Positions 39,251-47,777 of a stretch of 47,777 bases of DNA are shown piece after piece. Source of the stretch: a candidate division WOR-3 bacterium (GTDB lineage: Bacteria; Hydrothermota; Tepidihabitantia; Tepidihabitantales; JAOUPE01); contig JBDRUX010000005.1 in NCBI GenBank assembly GCA_039801565.1, positions 1 through 47,777 on the forward strand, given 5' to 3'. The notes below the pieces were generated by a model. That model saw only the letters and a program-made list of their open reading frames with translations. It was not told the origin of the DNA and made no database searches. Every line of letters begins with the position of its first letter. The stretch's first letter is position 1. The position numbers and the translations under genes are program-made.

Positions 39251-42097
39251 TTATTTTATGTTTATAACCTTTGTCACTAAGCTTTGCTTTTCAATTTTCA
39301 ACCTCAAAAAGTAGAGACCAGGAGTTATGGTTTTTGTGTTGAATTGGATCTGGTGAATGCCTAAAGGATAAATACCAGAAACAATCGTCGAAACCTTTCG
39401 ACCGGAAACATCAAAGAGCGCCAGTTCAATTTCACTCTCTTTCGCCAAAGTCAATTCGACCATACCGGTCTTTCTTATCGGATTCGGCAAGACCTTAAAT
39501 CCAAAATCTATCTTCGTTGTAATGTCTTCGGTGATGCCAGGACTGGGATAGAATGCACCCAAAATCTTTGTAGCCCCACACAATGGCACATAACCGGTAA
39601 AGGTCAGGAGAAGTTGACTGCTTGGTCCTTTAACAATGCTTGGGTCAAAACGGGGTTCAAGTTGATTGATGAGTTCAATTCCCTGGGGGTCAAGCACAGT
39701 TCCAGCTGAGGTAACTCTTGCACCGTAAATATCTGCAGCCCAGTTACGATTATCGGTCCAAACCACCAAGTAATTTGTCCCATCAAAGGCAAGGGTCGGA
39801 TTGTATTGGCTTTCTTCAGCAGTCGAGACTGGAATACCTTGTGGTTCAAGCACAACACCGCCTAAATTAACTCTTGTCCCATAAACATCCCAATACCAAT
39901 CGCCATCCCGGTCATCCTGCCAGACTACAAAGTAATGTATGCCATCAAAAGCGACTTGAGGAAACCATTGTTCATACGGAGCGGTTGAAATTGCAATACC
40001 ATTTGGCTCAAGCACATATCCACCAGTTGTTACCCGGGTACCATAGATGTCATAATATTCGCCACTCCGTCCGTCATCCCAAACTACGAAATAATTTGTG
40101 CCATCAAATGCTACATCTGGCGGATATTGGTCATAAGTTGCCGTGCAAATAGGAATGCCATTAGGGTCAAGAACTGTACCGGCACGGCTAACTCTTGTAC
40201 CATAGATATCAGATTCATCACCACTACGCTCATCCATCCAAGCGATCAGATAATTTGTGCCATCAAAGTCCAGGGAAGGGGAATACTGGTCATAAGATGC
40301 AGTTGAAATTGGAATGCCATCCGGGTCAAGCACAACTCCAGTTGGAGTTACCCGAGCACCATAAATGTCAAACTCCCAATTCCGATAATCCTGCCAGACC
40401 ACTAAATAGTTCGTTCCATCAAAAGCAATCGCTGGAAATTCTTGATAATCCCAAGCAGTTGAGATTGGAATCCCTTCTGGGTCAAGGACTACACCACCTG
40501 GTGTTACCCGAGCACCATAGATATCGGCTTCGCCATTACGATAATCGGTCCAGACAACAAGGTAATTTGTGCCATCAAAGGCAACTGCTGAAGAGTTTTG
40601 TTCAGGACTGAAATAACCGTAGTCTAAAAGAATTCCATCCGGGTCAAGAACCGTGCCACCAGTTGTTACCCTTGCCCCATAAATATCCGAGTAGCCATTT
40701 CGAAAATCCGCCCAAGTGGTAAAATATCTTGTGCCATCAAATAAAATAACCGACATCCATTGGTCAGATTCATCAGGAGTTGCGATTGGGATACCTTCGG
40801 GGTCTAAAATAATACCAGTAGTGGTGACCCGAGACCCGTAGATATCAGCTTGCCAGCCCGACCTGCCATCAGTCCAAGTGACAAAATAGTTCGTACCATC
40901 AAAGTCAACTGACGGATAGACACTGAAGTACTGAGTAATCTGAATACCATTCGAGTCAATGACAACTCCTCCGGTTGTGACCCTTGCCCCGTAAATTCGA
41001 TAATCTTCGTAGATAGTTCGGTCATCGAGCCAGACGACAAAAAAGTTTGTGCCGTCAAAACCGACTTGAGCAAAACCCTGATTGTTTTGGGCAACGGAGA
41101 TTGGGATACCATCTGGGTCAAGCACAACACCAGTTTGCGTTACTCTTGCTCCATAGACATCATAATAATAATCGCCATCCCGGTCATCGTGCCAGACCAA
41201 AAGATAATTTGTCCCATCAAAGGCAATCCCTCTTAACATAATGGTTTGCTCATAGGGCGCGGTTGAGACTGCAATTCCATCCGGGTCAAGAACAGTACCA
41301 TTCGGGGTAACCCTTGCGGCATAAATATCCGATTCCCATCCATTTCGGAAATCATTCCAGGCAACGAGATAATTAGTCCCATCAAACTCAATTGATGGTA
41401 GGGTTTGGTCATAAAGTGCAGTTGAAATTGGAATACCTTCTGGGTCTAAGACAACTCCATTTGGTGTAACTCTGGCGCCATAAATATCAAAATCAAAGTT
41501 GCGAACATCATCCCAGACCACCAGATAGTTTGTGCCATCAAAAGCTACTGAAGGATATTCCTGAGTAGCCCAAGTGGTGCAGATTGGGATACCGAAAGTG
41601 TCTAAAAGAATTCCGGCACTTGTCACCCTTGCCCCATAAATATCGCCATTTCGCCAATCTTGCCAGACGACAAAGTAGTTTGTGCCGTCAAAGGCAATAT
41701 CAGCAAAGTCCTGGTCACCTGGGGCAGGACCAAAGTTAAGCGTGGTATCGAGCAAGAACTCTTGTAATTGCAAATCTAATGTATTAGTAGTATTTTTCCG
41801 TAATTTCTTTGATGGCTTTTCGCGTTGAAAAAGGGAAAATGGTGAGAAGATTTCCGGTTTTGATTCATCATTTTCCGCGACAACTTGGGTGCGCAAATGA
41901 TTTGATGGTCCTCGGAAACTGGCAATCGTTGGTCTTGGATAAGCGGTTGGTCTCGTTTCAATCAACCTATGCTTCGCATCTCGGGTTAATCCATTAAGTA
42001 ACTCAATACCGCAGCCACAGCTTACCGCATCAGTCTCTGCCCAGACACTATAACTCAGGGCAAGGATTGCGATAAAAATTCGCAATAACCACTTCAT
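39251..42097 (-). CDS. Secreted FDGTNY-repeat protein with CTD, paralog of 12186-14942
   Basis: 13 full repeats plus one terminal degenerate repeat; VLPNPI...LFDVSGRKV..GLYFL. Confidence 0.87.
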   Translation of the reverse strand: MKWLLRIFIAILALSYSVWAETDAVSCGCGIELLNGLTRDAKHRLIETRPTAYPRPTIASFRGPSNHLRTQVVAENDESKPEIFSPFSLFQREKPSKKLRKNTTNTLDLQLQEFLLDTTLNFGPAPGDQDFADIAFDGTNYFVVWQDWRNGDIYGARVTSAGILLDTFGIPICTTWATQEYPSVAFDGTNYLVVWDDVRNFDFDIYGARVTPNGVVLDPEGIPISTALYDQTLPSIEFDGTNYLVAWNDFRNGWESDIYAARVTPNGTVLDPDGIAVSTAPYEQTIMLRGIAFDGTNYLLVWHDDRDGDYYYDVYGARVTQTGVVLDPDGIPISVAQNNQGFAQVGFDGTNFFVVWLDDRTIYEDYRIYGARVTTGGVVIDSNGIQITQYFSVYPSVDFDGTNYFVTWTDGRSGWQADIYGSRVTTTGIILDPEGIPIATPDESDQWMSVILFDGTRYFTTWADFRNGYSDIYGARVTTGGTVLDPDGILLDYGYFSPEQNSSAVAFDGTNYLVVWTDYRNGEADIYGARVTPGGVVLDPEGIPISTAWDYQEFPAIAFDGTNYLVVWQDYRNWEFDIYGARVTPTGVVLDPDGIPISTASYDQYSPSLDFDGTNYLIAWMDERSGDESDIYGTRVSRAGTVLDPNGIPICTATYDQYPPDVAFDGTNYFVVWDDGRSGEYYDIYGTRVTTGGYVLEPNGIAISTAPYEQWFPQVAFDGIHYFVVWQDDRDGDWYWDVYGTRVNLGGVVLEPQGIPVSTAEESQYNPTLAFDGTNYLVVWTDNRNWAADIYGARVTSAGTVLDPQGIELINQLEPRFDPSIVKGPSSQLLLTFTGYVPLCGATKILGAFYPSPGITEDITTKIDFGFKVLPNPIRKTGMVELTLAKESEIELALFDVSGRKVSTIVSGIYPLGIHQIQFNTKTITPGLYFLRLKIEKQSLVTKVINIK

Positions 42098-42120
42098 CGC
42101 TACCTCCTTTCACTAAAAAA

Positions 42121-42148
42121 AGTATATCCTAAAAACTGACCTTGTCAA
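42121..42148 (-). promoter_or_regulatory. Promoter
   Basis: TTGACA-N16-TATACT on the minus strand. Confidence 0.7.
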
Positions 42149-42295
42149 CAACTTTTTTAACTTCTTTGTTTCAGTTTTTAATGGATTATTTCTCTTTTTG
42201 GTTCGTCTCTGAAAAGGTTGGTAGATTTAAAGAGAAAAGAATGCTTAAAGTAACGGTAAAGTCGCATATAATGAGCAAAAAGAGAGAAAAACAAA

Positions 42296-42620
42296 ATTGT
42301 TCGTCTAACTATCAAACATTACTTCCCTTTTACTCGAGTAAAAATCACCAGCCAATGGGTCAAGGAAAATTGCTAAGAGGCGGTCATCAATCTGGTCCCA
42401 GATTTCTACTTTATTCCACTTTGTGCCTATTGCCAAAAGTCCTGAAGGAAATGCATTCTCATACTAACCGGGTAATCAGAGATTGGAATCTTGCTACTGC
42501 CAGAGTTTATCTTTAGGTGCATTACCGCAAGGGCTACTGTCTTACCTGTTGAATCTGGGTGGGATTTCGAAAATTCGTTTTACCGGATAAACGAATCAAA
42601 GAGCGGTTAAGGCAGTTTTG
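42296..42620 (+). mobile_element. Degraded N-terminal fragment of an ISL3-family transposase
   Basis: Across stops and a frameshift: HYFPFTRVKI...VINLVPD..IPLCAYC...HSHTNRVIRDWNLATARVYL*VHYRKGYCLTC (zf-ISL3-like). Confidence 0.7.
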
Positions 42621-42917
42621 AACTCAATGAGAATTTGGTCCGCCTCAGGCGGATTGAGATACGGAAGGACGATTTAAAGAAATATGGGCAGAAAAAGCGT
42701 TAGATGAATGGTGTTTGGTTGCCTAAAAGAAAGTTTACCAGACTTGACAGCAAATACATTAAGCTAAGGCGTCATAAGGGTTGGATATTAAATCATTGTG
42801 ACTATCCGATGAATTCCTACTTCCTTGTATTAATGAATCGTTCGTTTTGTGTGATTAATCCAAAAAAACTTGACTTTGAAGAATCCGAATTTTATTATAA
42901 AAAGAAATGGAGGAAAT

Positions 42918-44678
42918 ATGAAACGAATCGCCGTTTTCATGTTTTTATTTATAATTACTGTAATTGCTCAATTACTTCAGATTGATGTCACTGATGAAGC
43001 AAGTGAAGTTCCGACTGTAAATCAAATCCAAAAGGTAAATAGCGTTGGAATTATCGCAAGTTCGGAAGAATTACCCTATCTCCCCGGCTGGCCGGTGAAG
43101 ACGACCAGTTATCCTACTTTTGCTCCAGCGCGTGGTATCGCTTTAGCCGATTTCGATGGCGATGGCAAGTTAGAAGTGATTCGTCCAACCACGATGAACC
43201 AAATCTATGTCTGGCGCTTTGACGGAACTTTGTATCCAGGTTGGCCCCGAACTTTAAATAATGCTGGGCAATATGCGGCAGCTGTGGCTGATGTTGATTT
43301 GGATGGCGATTATGAAATCTGCGTTAATACCCGTGGACTAACTTCCGGTGGCAAGGTTTACCTCTTTGACGAGAATGGTAATAACAAACCAGGTTGGCCA
43401 TTTACTGGACCGCATAATGGTAATTTTGCCGAAAGTCCTTGCTTGGCTGATGTCAATGGCGATGATACCTTAGAGATAATTGTTGGCGAAAGAGATTGGC
43501 CAATTGGTCATCTCCATGTGCTCCGTTATGATGGCACTGAGTTCTCATCAGCCTGGCCTTGTTCTCTTGACCATGTGCCGACCGGTACCGCAGCGGTTGC
43601 GGATATAAATCTTGATGGTGTGAAAGAGATTATCTACTATTCTTATAATTCACTCTATGTCTTTGACCCTAATGGTCGAATCCTTGAGGGCTGGCCACAA
43701 ACAACTCCCAATGGCCGTCACTTCTCTTATCAATCAGCCGCATTAGCTGATGTTGATGGTGATGATACCTTAGAAATAATCACGGCGATGCATCAGAATG
43801 GTGGTGGCGTTTATGTCTGGCGCCACAACGGCATTTTAATGAATGGTTGGCCCTTTGATTTTTCGCGCTGGACCTATTGCCCCCCAACTGTTGCTGATTT
43901 GTATCGCAATCACGATTTAAAAATTATCTGCGGTCTATCGGGCATAGTTGGCGGAGCGGCTGATGTCTTATATGCGTTTGATGACAATGCTTCGGTTTTA
44001 AACGGTTTTCCAATTTTTCAACCCAATGGCGATGCAGCCGAAGGGAATATCACGGTAGCTGATATTGACGGTGATGGTGATATGGAGATTATCTTTAGTA
44101 GTAATTTAATGACTACGGCTGATACCGCAGGTTATCTTTATGCGGTTCATCACGACGGGACTCCAGTTGCGGGTTGGCCCTTACGGACTTTTGGTTTCAC
44201 CTATTTAAATGGTGCGACCGTGGCTGATGTGGATGGCGACGATTCAATGGATATTATTGCAGTCTCTGCCTATGAATCCGAAATGCAAGTCTCGATTTGG
44301 GAAGCTGGCGTGCCATTTAGCCGAATGAGTTGGGAGTGGCAAACTTACCATTTCGATATGGCAAGAACCGGACTTTACCAACCGGCACAAGTCGGAATTT
44401 TTGAGAAAAAATCCGAAAGAGTTTTTCGTAACTTAAAAATGGCACCCAATCCGATTAAGCCGGGTTCGAATTTGAAGTTCTACCTGAACGAAGCGGCAAG
44501 AATTGAAATTGACCTATACGATAAAACTGGGAGTTGGGTGAAAAATCTCTTTGCCGGCAATCTTACTAAGGGTGAACATAAATTGACTTTGCCTTCTCAA
44601 CTTGCTTGCGGCGTTTATTTTATTCGTTTTAAAATCAACAACACGACGATTAGTTCTAAATTGATTTTAACTCGGTAA
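42918..44678 (+). CDS. FG-GAP/VCBS repeat protein with CTD
   Basis: GWP...ADxDGDGxxEI repeats; APNPI..LYD..GVYF; GGAGG then ATG 42918. Confidence 0.87.
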   Translation: MKRIAVFMFLFIITVIAQLLQIDVTDEASEVPTVNQIQKVNSVGIIASSEELPYLPGWPVKTTSYPTFAPARGIALADFDGDGKLEVIRPTTMNQIYVWRFDGTLYPGWPRTLNNAGQYAAAVADVDLDGDYEICVNTRGLTSGGKVYLFDENGNNKPGWPFTGPHNGNFAESPCLADVNGDDTLEIIVGERDWPIGHLHVLRYDGTEFSSAWPCSLDHVPTGTAAVADINLDGVKEIIYYSYNSLYVFDPNGRILEGWPQTTPNGRHFSYQSAALADVDGDDTLEIITAMHQNGGGVYVWRHNGILMNGWPFDFSRWTYCPPTVADLYRNHDLKIICGLSGIVGGAADVLYAFDDNASVLNGFPIFQPNGDAAEGNITVADIDGDGDMEIIFSSNLMTTADTAGYLYAVHHDGTPVAGWPLRTFGFTYLNGATVADVDGDDSMDIIAVSAYESEMQVSIWEAGVPFSRMSWEWQTYHFDMARTGLYQPAQVGIFEKKSERVFRNLKMAPNPIKPGSNLKFYLNEAARIEIDLYDKTGSWVKNLFAGNLTKGEHKLTLPSQLACGVYFIRFKINNTTISSKLILTR

Positions 44679-44732
44679 TTAAACAGTGGTATGGAATTCC
44701 CTTCGGGTTTGTCTATTTATTAGAAATTCAAA

Positions 44733-45476
44733 ATGAAACGGATTAAATGGCAAATCCTTTTGGGTTTATTTTTGGTTGTCTTAGCGGCGATGATTTATCT
44801 GCTTCACTACGCAATCTTTCACGACCCCCACCATATCTTCATCTATTTGCTCGGTGATATTGCATTCTTACCAATTCAGGTGCTCTTGGTTACTTTAATC
44901 ATTGATGAATTACTATCCAAGCGGGAAAAGAGTTCGGTGCTCAAAAAACTCAATATGGTCATTGGTGCCTTTTTTAGCGAGGTCGGGATGAAACTCTTAA
45001 AATCCTTTGCCAATTTTGACCAAGATTCGGAACGGATTCGCCAGGAACTAATTGTTAAAGATGACTGGTCAGAAAAAAAATTCTTAGATGTTACTAAGAA
45101 GCTCAAGCATTACGAATGTAAGATTGATAGTAAAAGGGGTGATTTAGCCGAATTGAAACAACTGCTGATTAGCAAGCGTAACTTTTTGCTCCGACTATTA
45201 GAAAATCCCAATTTACTTGAACACGAAACCTTTACGGAATTACTACGGGCAGTATTTCATTTAACTGAGGAATTAGAAAATCGGCACGATGTAAAGAACC
45301 TAAGCCGAGCCGACTATGACCATCTTGGCAATGACATTAGACGGGCCCATCGCCTTTTGCTTGCCGAATGGGTAGATTATATGAGATATTTAAAACTCAA
45401 TTATCCTTATCTCTTCTCTTTAGCGATGCGGATTAACCCCTTTGACCCTAATGCTACTGTCGAGATAAAAGAATAA
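44733..45476 (+). CDS. Hypothetical membrane protein (two N-terminal TM helices)
   Basis: Hydrophobic N-terminus; LLENPNLLEHE and YPYLFSLA.R.NPF motifs. Confidence 0.8.
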   Translation: MKRIKWQILLGLFLVVLAAMIYLLHYAIFHDPHHIFIYLLGDIAFLPIQVLLVTLIIDELLSKREKSSVLKKLNMVIGAFFSEVGMKLLKSFANFDQDSERIRQELIVKDDWSEKKFLDVTKKLKHYECKIDSKRGDLAELKQLLISKRNFLLRLLENPNLLEHETFTELLRAVFHLTEELENRHDVKNLSRADYDHLGNDIRRAHRLLLAEWVDYMRYLKLNYPYLFSLAMRINPFDPNATVEIKE

Positions 45477-45842
45477 CGCACTCAAGTTTAACTTTCGTTT
45501 AAAACACTAATTATAAACGAAAGGAAACAAATCTATTCGATGAAGAGTACTGTCTAATTAATCTCGTTACACTTTGTGACAATTCGTATAGCAAGCAATC
45601 CGCTGGCTGCCTTCAGACTTCTTCTCCCCCCAAGCCATTTAACCGGCTATTGATTAGTCAATACGACAAACTACCACCGATTAATTTGCCTAACCCAGCT
45701 CTTGATTTCGTTCTTATTCTATTCCTTTTCTATTTCCTTAGTCAAATTCTCAACCTACCTCTTAGACTACATCAATTTATTTTGTCCATCAATTACTTGG
45801 AACCAAAGGATAACGAGGGGTGTTACAATGGTTTAGAAAATA

Positions 45843-45871
45843 TTGACAGGGTTAGCTTTAGTAGTTATAAT
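45843..45871 (+). promoter_or_regulatory. Promoter upstream of PLD nuclease gene
   Basis: TTGACA-N17-TATAAT consensus. Confidence 0.6.
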
Positions 45872-46011
45872 GTAAATTATGACTATCTTATGAATCTTTG
45901 TGAAATCCGAAATGCAGACATCGTTCATTATCCAGGTAGTGCCAATCCGAGAAACTTTCCCAAGACGCAAGACCAAATCTTTGTGATTACAATAATTCAA
46001 GACATAAAGAG

Positions 46012-47220
46012 ATGTTAAATTTGAAAATCGAAACCAATAAATTGGTTTTTCAAAAAATAATAACAGGTCAGCAACTGGTTAATACTATAAGAGAATTGTG
46101 CGATAAAGTTAAAAATCGGTTGTGGATAGCGGTTCCTTTTATAGGTAATTGGGATAATGTTGAACGAATAATTGGTACAAAATGGATAACTGATACCGAT
46201 GTTGATGTTCGACTTATTACCGATACTTCCAATGAACAATATATAAAATCTGATACAATCAAAAAATTTCAAAATCGAGCTGAAATAAAAACACTATCTG
46301 GACTACATGCAAAAATATATATTATTGACAATAATGCAATAATAACTTCAGCCAATCTTAGCGGATTTGCTTTTTCCAAACGATATGAAATCGGTATTCT
46401 TTTAGATTCCGAAAAATGTGCAAAAGTCTTTCTGGGTTGGTGGCAAATCTCAAAAAAAGTTGCTTCTTCTTGGATTCCTCGCCATAAATATAAAGTAAAA
46501 AGAGAAGAACCGTTTCATAGTAAAGAAAGGGGAAACCTATTTGAATTACCAGAACCTCCGACTAAAATTAAAGTTTTTAAAGATTACCCTAATTATTTAA
46601 AAGCATATAATCACTTCAAACAAGTCTACGAAAAGCATGTTAAAAGAGTTTGGGAAAATGTACCAATCTATCACGAGATCGATAGTTTTCTAAATTATTT
46701 ATATCATGAGCATCCAAACTGCCCTTCTAAAAAATTTAAAAGAAAGAAATATCGAGTTCTACCAGATGAAAAAAGAATTATAGAATTAAAAAAATACATA
46801 CTTCAATACAAAAAATGGCTACCAACCAGCGTTTTTGAATCTGCCGAATCTCGTTTAAATAGAATAAAGACGGTTCAAAAATTACTCTCACCGAGAAGAA
46901 TCAGTAAACTAAAGCGAATTGATATTAAGTCAATTGTATCTTGTATTCATGCGATGAATTTAGCAATGGCAAAAAAGAAATTTCTGAATCCCAGAAATAA
47001 TGCTTTATCAACAATAAAAACAGCTTGGCACGAGCTTTTGCATGATGATTCGAAACCTATCGATTTGAGAATGGAAGAATGCAAACACAAATTATTTGGA
47101 TTTGGTAAATCATCTATTCAAGACCTAATTTCATGTTATAGACCAGAAAAATACCCTGTTATCAATTCTAATTCAAACTGTGGTTTAAAATTCTTTGGTT
47201 ATGATATCAAGGTTTATTAA
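46012..47220 (+). CDS. PLD-family (HKD) nuclease domain protein, candidate restriction/defence enzyme
   Basis: LHAKIYIID...TSANLS..AF...YE single HKD motif; very AT-rich. Confidence 0.8.
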   Translation: MLNLKIETNKLVFQKIITGQQLVNTIRELCDKVKNRLWIAVPFIGNWDNVERIIGTKWITDTDVDVRLITDTSNEQYIKSDTIKKFQNRAEIKTLSGLHAKIYIIDNNAIITSANLSGFAFSKRYEIGILLDSEKCAKVFLGWWQISKKVASSWIPRHKYKVKREEPFHSKERGNLFELPEPPTKIKVFKDYPNYLKAYNHFKQVYEKHVKRVWENVPIYHEIDSFLNYLYHEHPNCPSKKFKRKKYRVLPDEKRIIELKKYILQYKKWLPTSVFESAESRLNRIKTVQKLLSPRRISKLKRIDIKSIVSCIHAMNLAMAKKKFLNPRNNALSTIKTAWHELLHDDSKPIDLRMEECKHKLFGFGKSSIQDLISCYRPEKYPVINSNSNCGLKFFGYDIKVY

Positions 47221-47777
47221 AAATAAACAATAATTGTATGGTGGGATTTTTGTAATCAAACTTAAACCGTTGAAGAGATATTTCATAAATTTTTTTAAAA
47301 CATCCTTCAAATAACTCTTTAATTAAAACCAATTTTTAATTGGTTAATTCATAGTTTGTTTTTCATTTATTGTAAATTACCGAAATTCTAATTTGAGTAA
47401 ACTCATAGCTATTTTCGTCTTCGGCATAAATTCTCTCTAAAACTATTCAAAAAATTACTCGGTGATTAAATTCCTGCTTTCTTTCAAAACCGGTTCTGAC
47501 GACCGGTCGGGAATAGTTTGAATTTATAGGAAGCCAGCTTACGTGCCTGCTCCCGAAGTAGCTTCCCTATCGAAACCTGGTTTCCATAGTTAGATCGGTG
47601 TTTAAACTGGTCACACTCGTAATTTTACCGACAGGATTGTGTCTCTACTTAGGTCAAGTAACAAATTGTCTGCAATTTCATACTCCAATAGTTGATTTTT
47701 CGGTATCGGAAATACCGTTTTTTCGATCCCATTCTTCTAATTCTTTCATGTCCAGATAAGAACCCTGACACGCCCAT

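Noticed and set aside
12186..42097. Diversity-generating retroelement template/variable pair among the repeat genes
   Set aside because: No reverse transcriptase, and I saw no adenine-specific mismatch pair; similarity is explained by protein repeats
42142..42985. ORFs 42142-42516 and 42704-42985 as genes
   Set aside because: The first partly reads through the ISL3 relic; the second overlaps the promoter and start of the FG-GAP gene
45650..46018. 122-aa ORF
   Set aside because: TTG start, low complexity, spans a consensus promoter
47670..47777. 3' end of a minus-strand gene at the window edge
   Set aside because: Open frames are too short to identify

Overview
Chromosomal window from an AT-rich anaerobic diderm bacterium. 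The gene content suggests an FCB-related lineage such as candidate division WOR-3, which is inference. Housekeeping blocks are a TetR-TolC-adaptor-AcrB RND efflux operon, rnfCDGEAB, a cobalamin riboswitch with btuB, a tRNA-Val/zinc-ribbon/rnhA/acyltransferase/dut/GT4-GT28 fusion cluster, tandem thyX, tryptophanase, a DUF4139 protein and trmFO. These are interleaved with eight secreted repeat or beta-propeller proteins carrying T9SS type-A-like C-terminal domains (two frameshifted), one orphan C-terminal domain, an ISL3 transposase relic and a stand-alone PLD nuclease. The non-coding DNA holds the main surprises: (i) a dispersed family of ~216-bp degenerate arrays with strict 12-bp period, a shared end motif and an adjacent IHF-like site; (ii) promoters with a consistent 16-bp spacer, several nearly leaderless; (iii) REP-like palindromes and 7-bp repeats, some embedded in coding sequence. 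Gene calls are from motif recognition only; no database searches were run.
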